Source: Callorhinchus milii (Eukaryota). From it: a stretch of 64,000 nt of DNA. The translations under genes and the position numbers were made by a program. Positions 52,755 to 64,000 of this stretch are shown piece by piece (position 1 is the stretch's first letter; every line of letters starts with the position of its first letter). Location of the stretch: NCBI RefSeq assembly GCF_018977255.1, contig NW_024704742.1, positions 114,516,001-114,580,000 of the forward strand. Direction: 5' to 3'. The notes below the pieces were generated by a model. That model did no database searches and was not told the DNA's origin. It worked only from the letters and a program-made list of their open reading frames with translations.

Positions 52755-53310
52755 GAATCAGTCTGAGATGAGGAAATCCATCACCATGTTTAAGAGTATC
52801 CAAACCAAACTGAGAGTTCCATGCATCCCACCTACACTTGGAAATTGCAGAGATAGATTGTTGGAATGGTATGCACACTCTCTCCTTGCAGGGATGCATC
52901 CTGTTCACCTCATTTTGGAATGTATTAAGTGCAGTTTGGCAAGAGCTAAGGATTGGGGACACCAGAGTGTGCATTTGGGTATTGCTGGAGTCTAACCAGG
53001 TAAAACCACAGAGCGCTTTTGTACAGATAGGACCACCCTACCCATTAGGGTTTGGGCTTGCAGGGTTAGCAGGAGCTGAGTGGGATATTCCCTGCCTCCA
53101 GTCACTGGGCTGCCCTTCCAGTTCCTGTCAATAAGACAGGTTGTCTGTGCTGTCATCAGCAGTGCCCTGGAATACTACGGACCCACCTGGCTTAGGAACT
53201 GGACTACCGAGACCGCCACAGAGGGCTGGTTTGTTGCCAAACATGTCACCTTGGAGCCAGTTCAGCTCCAAGGAGACCCCGCTTACCTCCCACCCCACCC
53301 CCAGCAGGAT
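52755..53310 (+). repeat. Family U repeat, most continuous copy
   Basis: Contains all blocks seen in the other copies, in the same order. Confidence 0.7.
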
Positions 53311-53483
53311 AGTCAGATGATGCCCAGTATGAAGCTGAAATGTTTTAATGGATTTGGACCTGGGATGCTCTTTGAGTTACTTAATTATTTAAGGTGGTAA
53401 TTCTCAGCATCACAGAATGATATAAAGGGAAGATGAATTGTACTGGATGATTAAGATCAGAACAAACTCTGATGTATACTGTA

Positions 53484-53765
53484 ATAGTAATAATTCTTGC
53501 ATTTGACATAATGCTTGATCATAGAGATGAAAGATTTCAAAGCTCTTCACAGTATTTACTTTAGTGATTCTGTAGTTGTAGGTGAACGTGGCAGCCAATT
53601 TCCACACAGCAATGTCCCTCAAATAGCCATGAAGTGTGTGATCAATTTGATGGCCAGGACACCAGGCAAAAACCCTTCTCTTTTTTGAACAGTGCTATGA
53701 GACATTTAACATTCACCCGAATAAGCAGATGGGACCTCAGTTTGATGTTTCATCCAAAGGACAGG
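53484..53765 (-). mobile_element. Deu-domain SINE
   Basis: ggccaggacaccagg...tttaacattcaccc...gcagatgggacctcagtttgatgtttcatcc on the + strand. Confidence 0.8.
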
Positions 53766-53769
53766 AAAT

Positions 53770-55110
53770 TAATTGTAATTGATAAAAAGGTTGCTGGAAA
53801 TGTACCTGAGTCCCTTTGGTTAGAATTAAAAGACAGTAAGAAGAAAAAGTAAGTGATTAAAATACCTTCCAAGCTGCCAAACAATCAGAAGAAGTAGATG
53901 TATTGCTGTGGGAGGTCATAAAATAGATGAATGTTAGGTCCTCTGTAGTGATTTGGGGGGCTTTCAATTTCCCCGAACATAATTTAGGATTTACAATGGG
54001 GACAGTCCATGTGTGAGCAAGAATTTATTGAAGTTGTTTCTAAAACAGCATGTGAGAAAGTGCAATGCTGGATCTGGTTTTAACTAACAATGAGTGGGTG
54101 ATAGATATAGAAGTAAAGGAACATCTGTGTCCAGTGATCATAATGTTATTTTCAGAGGAGAGATGAAGCCTATAATAAACTCAATTTTAGACAAGTTTAC
54201 TTTGAGGGTATGAGAGAACATATGAAGATATTAAATTGGGAGGAGATGTTAAAAGGAATGAATGTGGATAGCGAGGAAAGTTTTAAATGGAGTTTTTAAG
54301 ATAAAAATTGTATCCCTATAATAATAATCCTTGCATTTTGATATAGTGCCTTATCACGTCTTCGAGATGTCTCAAAGCCCTGAAATAAATTAAGAGAGGA
54401 GGATAGAGGGGTTCAAGTAACAAGACTGAATAGGACAATTATTTAAAGGAAGAAAGAGAAAACATTAGTAGTTTAAAAATGAACAAAACACAATAAGAAG
54501 ATCTGTAATGTTGGACTGAAGAATTGTAAAATATTAACAAGAACCTCAAACGGCAACTCTGAAGAAACGTTAGCTGAAAATATAAGATTCAAAAAGCCTT
54601 TAAGTATATTAATTAATAATCCTTAATCTACACTAATCTATATTGTTCAATAGCATAGCGCCTTTCATTTTGAGAGGACGTCCCAAAGCGTTTCACAGGA
54701 ACTACTGTAAAATGAAATGACTGTGTACCTTGTGGATTAACATAGCAACCAATTTGCGCACAGCAATGTCCCACAAAAAGCCATGCAGTGAATGACCAAT
54801 TTTACCAATATTCCTCAGAGTTTGTTGAGAGGTGTAGCAAAGGATGGAAAATAAAAATTGAGTTTTGAAATTCCATTGTGCCTTGGTTAGACTGCAACTG
54901 GAGTGTAATTTTAATCAACAGTATTTAACAAAATACAGTATATTCAATTTTTAGAGGGAGTGCAAAAAAGAAGATAAACATTTTATACAAAACGTACAGG
55001 ATAGAGTTATAAGAAAAGGTAGACTACTCTAAGGGTTTTATCTTCTTGATGGAGAACACTGAAGGGGAGCCTTCACAAAGGTATTTAAGATTTTGAAGGG
55101 TTTTGAACAT
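53770..55110 (+). mobile_element. Very old CR1 ORF2 remnant with SINE-tail insertions
   Basis: Endonuclease-like ESLWLELKD, atgctggatctggtttt and agtgatcataat blocks, homologous to 60060-60430. Confidence 0.6.
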
Positions 55111-55144
55111 TAGATTCAGATAACCTAAACTGTACAGAAATGGT

Positions 55145-55515
55145 GAGTCTGAATCAGACAGTAGCATTCGCACCTCTGGGTTGTGGGTTCAAGCTCCACT
55201 TTGGAAGTCTGGGCTGATACTCCAGCGCAGTGCTGTCCTAAGGTTGAGATGTTAAAATGAGTTACTCTCTGCCTGTTTAGATAGATTTTAAAGATCACAT
55301 GGCACTTTTTGAACAGAGAAGGGAGCTTCTCCCAGTTTCCTGGCCAGAGATTCTTCAAGTAAAGTTAATTATCCACTTTGTGGCTGTTCGTGGGATATTT
55401 CTATGCACATTTTTGGCTACTGCATTGCCTACGAAATACAAAGTCACTACACTTTACAGTAATCCTGTGAAGCCATCTTTGCTATGTGAAAGCCAGACAT
55501 TCTATTAAATGCCAT
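55145..55515 (+). mobile_element. Deu-domain SINE
   Basis: ggttgtgggttcaagctccac head; aaagatcacatggcactttttgaa core. Confidence 0.8.
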
Positions 55516-55775
55516 ATTTCTGTTGGGTTTTGCCTTTTACAGAATTCAAGAACAAGGGATCTTATCAAAACAGAAAGGAATCCATCATGTGAGACATGTC
55601 AAACCGACTAAAATTTGTGGAATACGAAAACTATAAAGGTTTCAAAAAGGAACTAAACATATTCCAGTCAACTAAAAGGATTCATGGACATTAGATTAAG
55701 CGAAAGATATATTGAAGGAATTCTGTGGTAAACTCAATGGATGGACTAGATAGACAAATGGTCTGCACAAGTACA

Positions 55776-56085
55776 TAATAATCCTTGCATTTGATGTAGC
55801 GCTTTTCACGTCGGGAGGACATCCCAAAGCGCTTCACAGAACACACTGTAAAGTGAATTGACTGTATATTTTTGTGGGCGAACGTGGCAGCCAATTGCGC
55901 ACAGCAATGTCCCACAAACAGTCGTGGATTGAAAATGACCAATTTATTATTGTTTTGTTTTGGAGGGATTATTATTAGGAATGTGGAGTAAGGAAACTTG
56001 CCCAGGGTTTCGCCCTGCCTGGAATTGAACCCAGGTCTCTCACTTGCAAAGCGAGTGCTCTAACCACTGAGCTACAGGACTCCAC
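55776..56085 (-). mobile_element. SINE family A, short form with L2-type tail
   Basis: Closely similar to the reverse complement of 63447-63767. Confidence 0.93.
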
Positions 56086-58344
56086 ATGCATTGAATAGAG
56101 GCCCATTATCAGTCCTGCAATCATTTCCCCATTCCATCTCCTGCCCAATGCTCTCAATACACTTCTATTGTCTGCTTCTATGTGAAATTGCTACTAGAGA
56201 ATTAATATTATTCCGAGACAGAATAAATTGTAATGTGCATTAAATATAAATCCAATAGAGCATCATATATTTGTTTGCAGAAAACCTCACGTTCACTTAT
56301 TTCCAAGAAGGATAGGCACCAGTAAATTAGTGCTAAAATGTCTCATGCTTACACACACATGCATTGTAACTAGCATTGGGAGTGCATCTTTGAACCATGA
56401 AGGGTGAGGTAGAGTTTGGTCATTCACCGATCTGATACATGTACTGTACAGGGTTAGATTAATTCAAAGAGTGAGTCAGAGAATGAAAGAGATTAAATTA
56501 CATTAAGTTTCATGTAATTCCAGTAGTGAATGCCAAAAGCCAGCAGAGATCTGAAAACTTTCGTGCTTCCATTTTGTTCTAAACACACACAAGATAGATT
56601 TTTTAAAACTCAATATTATTTATGATTATTAGAATTTTAACACCAAACTACTAGTGTTTTCTTTGAATCTCCTGTACCTCCCATTCTTGACATGATATGC
56701 CGTTGAACTGCTTTTTTCCCTTCAGATTGAAAGCATGATTGCAAAACTATGAGGGCTGTCACCCAGAGTACATGTGTGAATCTAATAATTCAACACAGAT
56801 GCAGAGTCTAATGGATTCAAAGGATCAGCAGCCAAAAGGACTTTCCATTTATAGCCAGGGTTACTTGCCAGTACTCTGGTCCTAGTTCATGTTCTTTTTT
56901 CTAAACTACAACTAATCAAACTTCTCCTGTTTCAGACTGGATGTCCTAAACTGATGGTTTTATTTTGCAATTTAAGAAACAGCAATGCTTTGTTGAATTC
57001 ATGGCTGAAAATGTAGATTTCAGTTAGTGAAATCTTGTGCACCTTAAAGTGAAGCTAATGATTTACTTCATCAAAACTATATGTTGTTCTAGCTGTTTAT
57101 GGAATGATATTTGGTGTTTTGTTGAAGGGATCAACAGTTCCACCATAGGAAAAAAGCATAAAATTAAGAGTCAAGTCGCACAGTGCTATTTAATATATGC
57201 ACGGTATCAGATCACACCAGAGCAAATTTTGTATTTATTTTCTTTGTCGTGGTTTGTGTTGATATTCGATCGCTGAGCGAGATTTCATTTGGAGATCGAA
57301 AGAGGATTGTGGGCATTAGGACCAAGCAATGCAAAGTACCAAACTACATCTGTTAGTATTTTTATAATGTGTTCTGTTGGATATTTTGTACAGAGAATTG
57401 TGAATTTTTGTTTGTTCATTTCTTATTTATTTCTGGGTACAAACAGCATTATTGGTCAACTGATTAGGTCAAAGGGGTGGCTTCAGTTTCTTCCCCTCCC
57501 CCATTAAAAACAGAGTGCATGAGCGCACATGAAAACTACCTTGCCTGGGGCAAGTTGCATTTTTATTACCCACTCATATGCTTGCAAACTAATGGCAGCG
57601 CATATAGGAATGAAGATATAAATTGGTATTCTGGCAATGGTGCTATTCTGAATTCTGATTTTAAAAGAACCTGAATGTGTATAGAGTAAACCTTAGGTTT
57701 TAACTCCGGATTTTATTCAGTGGATTAAAATCTTGTGCTTCACATAATGCTTTTGTGACTTTACATTGGTCACTGTGAATGCCTTAATTTCAGTGTCTTT
57801 TCTACTTAAAATAAGAATTAAAAGCAGATGTTTCACTGTCTCCAATATTATGAATGCACCGGCACCAGAACCAGTGGCAATTACTATTTCATCCAATCTA
57901 CTCATCCAAAGCTTTTGCATTTAGTATTAATGGAGGGAAGGGGGAGAAATAATCCATAAATGATGCATTAATAATGCTAAAAATGAGGTTATTGATTTTA
58001 ATGGAGGGGAAATGGGAAAATCAGACAAAATTCTCCTGAACTGTAGGTTCTTTTACTTGGCAGTCACAGACTTTTCTTTCAAGTGACCCCCTACAGAGCT
58101 AGTCTGTCTGGGAATTAATGTGGCATTGGCTCTGAACTGGATAGCAGTAACAACTGATGGGAAAGATACAATGTGATTTGGCTAAATGGAAGTAAGTACC
58201 TTTTCCTATTGTACAAAAAGACAGACAATATGAAAATGAGCAGAATGTTCTGGCTCCATAAACAAGTAATCTTCTTAAGTGAAGTTCAGTACCTCTTGGC
58301 AAATGTGCAAGTGAAAAAGACACAACTTTTGCAAAAAGTTAAAT

Positions 58345-58670
58345 CGGACTCCAGTGCAATGCTGAGGTGCATTGCATTGTTGGAATGCTGTCTTTCGGAT
58401 GAGACATTAAACCAAGGTCCCGTCCGTCTGTCCAGGTGGATGTTGAAGATCCCATTACACTACTCAAAAAAAGAAGGGTGTTTCTCCAGGTGTCCTGGCC
58501 AACAATCCCCCAAATAAAATTGGTTATGATTGTTTGTGGGACATAAATAAAAATTGTGGGACATTGTGCGCAAATTGGTTGCCATGTTCTCCTAGTCACG
58601 GTCACACTTTACTGCTTTGAAATTCACAAATGACATAAGGAGCTATATCAAATGCAACTATTATTATATT
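58345..58670 (+). mobile_element. Deu-domain SINE
   Basis: tgtctttcggatgagacattaaaccaaggtcccgtccgtctgtccaggtggatgttgaagatccc core. Confidence 0.88.
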
Positions 58671-58959
58671 ATTACATTTGTCTATTGTTACTTGTAAATG
58701 TTCTCTATAATGGTTTTAAAAAAATAAACAAGAATTGTTGGGATGTGAATTTTCCTCCCTGTGCAGCGGTCAAGGCAGAATCCATATTAGCTTTCAAGGG
58801 GAAACTAGATAGATAATTAAACAGGAGTAATTTTCAAGAGTATGAGGAAAGGTAGAGAAATTGGACTGAATGTATTGCACTTTCAAAGAGGCTACACAGT
58901 CACAATGGGGTCAATGGCCATCTTCTGTGCTGTAATTTCTATGGTTCTTGGATTTCAAT

Positions 58960-59345
58960 ATCCTTGCATTTAATAGAGTGCCTTATCACATTATAAAGAC
59001 GTCTCAAAGCGTTTCACAATATATACTGTAAAGCATAGTGACTATATTTGTGGGCAAATGAGACAGCAAATTGCACACAACAATGTCCACAACAGCCATG
59101 GAGTGAATGACTAATTTGGGGCGTTGTTGGCCAGGTCACCAGAATAAACTCTTCTCTTTTCGAATAGTTCCATGGGATTTTTAACATCCACCTAAACAGG
59201 AAGACAGGACCTTGGTTTAATGTCATCCAATGCCCCCAGCATGGCATTGGAGTGTCAGCATTGAATATGGCTACCATGTCCTGATGTGAGGTTTTGAACC
59301 CACAAACTTCTGACTCCGAGGCGAGAATGTTACCTACTGAGCTGG
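58960..59345 (-). mobile_element. Deu-domain SINE
   Basis: ttcgaatagttccatgggatttttaacatccacctaaacagg on the + strand; head at ~59290-59345. Confidence 0.88.
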
Positions 59346-59759
59346 GTCGCTGAGGCCAATTGTAGAACTCCCACCACCCCCCAACTGTTGCTCAAGCTGA
59401 GATCAGCTAACTCAGCACAAACCTTTATCTTTTTGGTCTGTAGGGCCTTGTGTTCTGGTCCCTCTACCCGATTGGTCCTCACTACACTTACTCTCTCACG
59501 TGCTTCTCAGAATGAAAAAGACACATTCCACTAGATCATATCAATAAGTAATCATTTTATAGCTTAGCTTAAAAAGTGTAATCAGCTGAAAGATTTGATG
59601 TAAAGTCAATGTGACAAAAACTAAATACTGCAGATTAGTTGTCTAATTTTATGAATGGGCTATTGATAGATGCAATAAGAATTTGGATGAAGGCTGAAAT
59701 AGATGTACTTAGGAGAATGTGGGAAACTGAGGGTTCATCAGACTATGGGGTGCTATATG

Positions 59760-59855
59760 TTCAAAACTTAAGTTTTCCACTGAGGTGATATAAATGACCA
59801 AACAGGAGTAAAATGGTCATTTTATATCACCTCAGTAGAAAACTTGGGTTTTGAA
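59760..59855. repeat. Near-perfect inverted repeat (~41-bp arms, 13-nt loop)
   Basis: ttcaaaacttaagttttccactgaggtgatataaatgacca pairs with tggtcatttttatatcacctcagtagaaaacttgggttttgaa. Confidence 0.9.
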
Positions 59856-59909
59856 TGTTTTTAAGGAATATTGCTGCACTGAGGGGATCTGAACTGCAGT
59901 CATAGAAAC

Positions 59910-62632
59910 ATTTGTTGAATATTCCTGGTTACAGTGGATTCAGGAGGGATAGGGAAATGGAAAAATGTGTTGGGAGTGGGGTTGGGGCGGTGGCAATATT
60001 GATTAAAGACATGGTTCTGGCCCTGGAAAGGGACGATATGCTGGAGAGTCCAAAAACAGAATCTATTTGGTTAGAGTTAAGCAGCAGAAAAGTAGCTGTT
60101 ACTTTGTTAGGTGTATACTATGGACCACCAAATAGTGGGAAGGAGATACACGAGCAAATCTGCAAGCAGATTTCAGAAAGATGTAAAACCAATAGAGTGG
60201 TGACAATGGGGAACTTCAATTATCTTAACATAGACTGGCAAAATAACAGTGTAAAGGGCAATGAGGGGGAAGGACTCCTTGAATGTGTGCAGGATAACTT
60301 TCTGGATCAGTATGTTTCCAGCCCAATGAGGAAGGAAGCAGTGCTGGATCTGGTTCTGGGGAGTGAAGTGGGGCAAGTGGAGCAGGTTTCAGTGGGAGAG
60401 CATCTGAACAACAGTGATCACAACACCATTAGGTTTAGAGTAATTATTAGAAAAAGACAAGAAACAATCAAATATGAAGATATTCAACTGGAAGAGGACT
60501 AATTTCAGAGAGTTAAAACGGGACCTAGCCAAGGTGGACTGGAAAGAAAGGCTGGCAGGTAAAACAGCTAACAGCAATGGGAAGCCTTCAATGTAGAGAT
60601 AGTTTGAGGAGAGAACAAATACATTCCCACAAAGGAGAAAGGTAGAGCGTCCAAAGCTGTCTGGATGGCTAAGGAAGTTGGGATTAAAATAAAACAGAAA
60701 AAGGAGGCTTATGATAAATGTCAGATCCAATACACAGAAAATGATCAAATAGAATATAGAAAGTACATAGGAGAAGTGAAAAACGAAATAAGAGGAGCAA
60801 GGAGAATGTCTAAGAGCAGATTAGCGGGTAACATATTTTATAAGCATATAAAGAATAAAAGATTAGTCAAAGGTAGGGTGGGTCCAATAAGGGACCGAAG
60901 AGGAAATCTTCTTTGGAGGCAGAGGACATAGCTGATATACTGAATGAGTATTTTGCATCTGTTGTCACAAAAGAAGAGGATGCAGCCAATGCCACAGTAT
61001 CGGAGGAGAGGGTAGAGATATTGGATAAGATAAGAATAAACTGAGACGAGGTACTCAAGGTAGATAAGTCACCCGGTCCCCACGGGATGCATCCAAGGTT
61101 ACTGAGGGAAGTAAGGGTGAAAATAATGGAGGCTCTGGCCACAATCTTTCAATCCTCTTTCGACACCAGGGGGGGTGCCAGAGGACTGAAGGGTTGCAAA
61201 TATTACTCCCCTGGGGCAGAAGGATAAACCCAAGAACTACAGGACAGTCAGCCTAACATCAGTAGTGGAGAAACTTCTAGAGACTATAGTCCAGGGCAAA
61301 ATAAATTTTCACTTAGAAAAATATGGGTTAGTAAAGCACAGCCAACATGGATTTGTTAAAGGCAAATCGTATCTAACAAACCTGATAGTTTTTTGATGAC
61401 GTAACAGAGAGGGTGGATGAAGGTAGTACAGTTGACGTAGTTTATGTGGATTTTCAACAGGCGTTTGATAAAGCGCCACATAAGATACTTGCAAGCAAAA
61501 TAGAAGCCCACGGTATTAAAGGGACAGTGGCAGCATGGATACAGAACTGGCTGGGAGACAGAAAGCAGAGAGTTGTGGTGAATGGTTGTTTTTCTGACTG
61601 GAGGGAAGTGTGCAGTGGTGTCCCCTAGGGCTCGGTATTGGGACCAGTGCTGTTTTTGATCTGTATAAATGACCTGGACTTGGGTATAGGGAGTACAATT
61701 TCCAAGTTTGTAGATGATACTAAGCTAGGAAAAGTATTAAACAGTGAGAAGGATAGTAGCAGACTTCAAGAGGACATAGACAGATTGATAAAATGGGTAG
61801 ACACGTGGCAGATGAAGTTTAACGTGGAGAAATACGAAGTGATGTATTTTGGGAGGAAGAATGAGGAGAGGCAATATAAGCTGATGGTACAATCTTAAAA
61901 GGGGGTGAAGGAACAGAGAGACCTGGGGGTTCATATAAATAAATCTCTGAAAGTGACAGGACAAGTAGATAAAGCTGTTAATAAAGCATACGGATACTAG
62001 GCTTTATAAATAGTGGCGTATAATAAAAAAGTCAGGAAGTTATGATGAACCTTTATAAAACACTGGTTAGGCCTCAGATAGAGTACTGTGTTCAGTTCTG
62101 GGCGCCATACTTTAGGAAAGATGTCAAGGAATTGGAGAGGGTGCAAAGGAGATTTACCAGAATGGTACCGGGAATGAGGGACTTCAGTTATGAGGAGAGG
62201 CTAGAGAAGATAGGATTATTCTCCTTGGAGCAGAGAAGGTTAAGAGGAGACTTAATAGAAATTTTCAAAATTATAGGAGATTTGATAGGATGAACAAAGA
62301 GAAACGATTTCCACTGGTGAGTGGGTTGGTAACCCGAGGGCACCGATTTAAAATAGCTGTTAAAAGAAACAAGGGAGGTGAGAAGAAATGTTTTCACACA
62401 GCAAGTTGTTTGGATCTGGAATGCATTGCCTGAAAGGGTGGTGGAAGCTGATTCGATGACAACTTTTAAGAGAGAAGTAGATAATTATTTGGGGAGGACA
62501 AGTTTGCAGGGCTATGGGGAAAGAGTGGGGGAGTGGGATTGATTTGGATAGCTCTTTTCAAAGAACCAGCACAGCCACATAGGGCCAAATGGCCTCCTTC
62601 TGTGCTCTATAATTCTATGATTCTATGATATG
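59910..62632 (+). mobile_element. CR1 LINE spanning most of ORF2 (APE endonuclease, RT, 3' UTR), inactivated
   Basis: IPGYSGFRRDR, LGVYYGPP, MGNFNY, LDLVL and SDHN endonuclease motifs; DFQQAFDK, SKFVDDTKL and EYCVQFW RT motifs; many stops and frameshifts; tail ttctatgattctatga. Confidence 0.95.
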
Positions 62633-63446
62633 ATAATATTTACAAGACTATGTGTACGTTAGGAGCTGCAGTATCGCTCCTTAGACACCAGAAACGTAAG
62701 AGTTAACTTTTATGCAGTTCGCTTCTAGGAAAAAAGAATATACACTGGAAAATCAGCATATTCCCTGTCTGAAGCACTGGCATTTGTTAAAAGGAAGGAC
62801 CCCCTGCTTTGAGAGGAAGTAATGAGTTGCAAACCAGAAATTCCTGTGCATAGAGCTTCTGAGTTACAGAGATAGTGACAAACGTGCACACGTGTGTTAT
62901 ATTTTAGTAAAAGCTACAATTTTAGGACAGCTTCAAAAGTCTGAGATTAATGACAAATTGTGTGTAGATACTATTGAAAATGCAAGAATGGTGTCTTATC
63001 AGCTGCTATGTTTAATACTCCTGATTTGGCTTATATTGCAAGCCTGAATTTTTTGATATAGTGTGTGTTTTGTTATGGAGAAGAAAATGGACAAGAGTCA
63101 CCTTTCTGAATGTGTGGGAGCCTAGTTAAGAGTGCAGAGGTTACCATAGAATTAAACTAAAAGTACTTTTGTGTCTTTTGTTCATTTTCCAAGTTTTTGA
63201 AACACAAACTTGGATCTCCATAACCAGTATTTTGTTAAACAAATGTATCTGGTTCTCCCTCCTACTCTTTGGAGCATTTAACGGTGTCCCACAATATGGG
63301 CCTTGACCCTTCATCTAACTTTCTCGATTAAAAACATTGAAGCAGAATGTTTTTCATCGAGAGACTTGGATGATTATTTGGCGACTATTTTGTGCATCCT
63401 AAAATGGCATGGATAATAGTATTTAATAGTAATTACAGAATAAAAC

Positions 63447-63767
63447 GTGGAGTCCTGTAGCTCAGTGGTTAGAGCACTCGCTTTGCAAGCGAGAGACCTG
63501 AGTTCAATTCCAGGCAGGGCGAAACCTTGGGCAAGTTTCCTTACTCCACACGCCTAATAATAATCCCTCCAAAACCAAAAACAATAATTAAATTGGTCAT
63601 TTTCAATCTATGACTGTTTGTGGGACATTGCTGTGCGCAATTGGCTGCCGCGTTCGCCCACAAATATACAGTCAACTCACTTTACAGTATATTCTGTGAA
63701 GCGCTTTGGGACGTCCTCCCGACGTGAAAAGCGCTATATCAAATGCAAGGATTATTAGTATTATTAT
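63447..63767 (+). mobile_element. SINE family A, short form with L2-type tail, young full-length copy
   Basis: Intact tRNA-like head, many CpGs retained, taaaac duplicated at 63441-63446 and 63768-63773. Confidence 0.95.
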
Positions 63768-64000
63768 TAAAACAAAACTGAGTGTTCAGGTTTATTTCAC
63801 CCACTGTATTCTCAATAATGATACCAGATGGTATTACATAAGGCAGCATATAACCCGATGAAACCATTTAAGCAAACCTCTACAGCTTTTGCTTATATTG
63901 ATTTTTCTTTTACTTTCACATCTGTAACCAGCTTCAGTTTTTGAGGAATTGTCTGTCACTGGAGGGCTGTAAAAGGAAAAAAAGGATGATAATTAAAATA

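Noticed and set aside
63449..63520. Functional tRNA gene (and similar heads elsewhere)
   Set aside because: Each head continues into a SINE body and tail, and this copy has a TSD. These are SINE heads.
63932..64000. Acceptor-like site followed by an open frame (LQFLRNCLSLEGCKRKKR) at the window edge
   Set aside because: No donor or homology can be assessed within the window.

Overview
AT-rich, repeat-dense eukaryotic genomic DNA. The repeat inventory (CR1 and L2 LINEs, Deu-domain SINEs, tRNA-headed SINEs ending (ATT)n, Penelope-like terminal repeats) points to a cartilaginous fish, possibly a chimaera; this is inference. Most of the window looks intronic or intergenic. Two clean phase-0 candidate exons (1840-1968, 7668-7754) splice in frame on the + strand but encode a peptide I cannot name. 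A repeat-free segment at ~24.2-24.9 kb looks like a promoter with alternative first exons. The only long ORF (3840-5351) is the reverse transcriptase of a young, 5'-truncated CR1 LINE; the other ORF-track entries are decayed LINE fragments or noise. The most notable structures are: hammerhead-ribozyme cores in Penelope-like repeats, including a tandem array at 49.6 kb; a non-autonomous Helitron with two 5' ends; a hAT-type MITE carrying a CTCF motif; a ~445 bp micro-inversion that splits a SINE; a modular SINE family with visible subfamily steps; and an unclassified ~600 bp repeat present in at least six copies. There are no CRISPR arrays, rRNA genes or credible functional tRNA genes. I found no convincing novel multi-gene system. 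Repeat boundaries were read by eye and are approximate.
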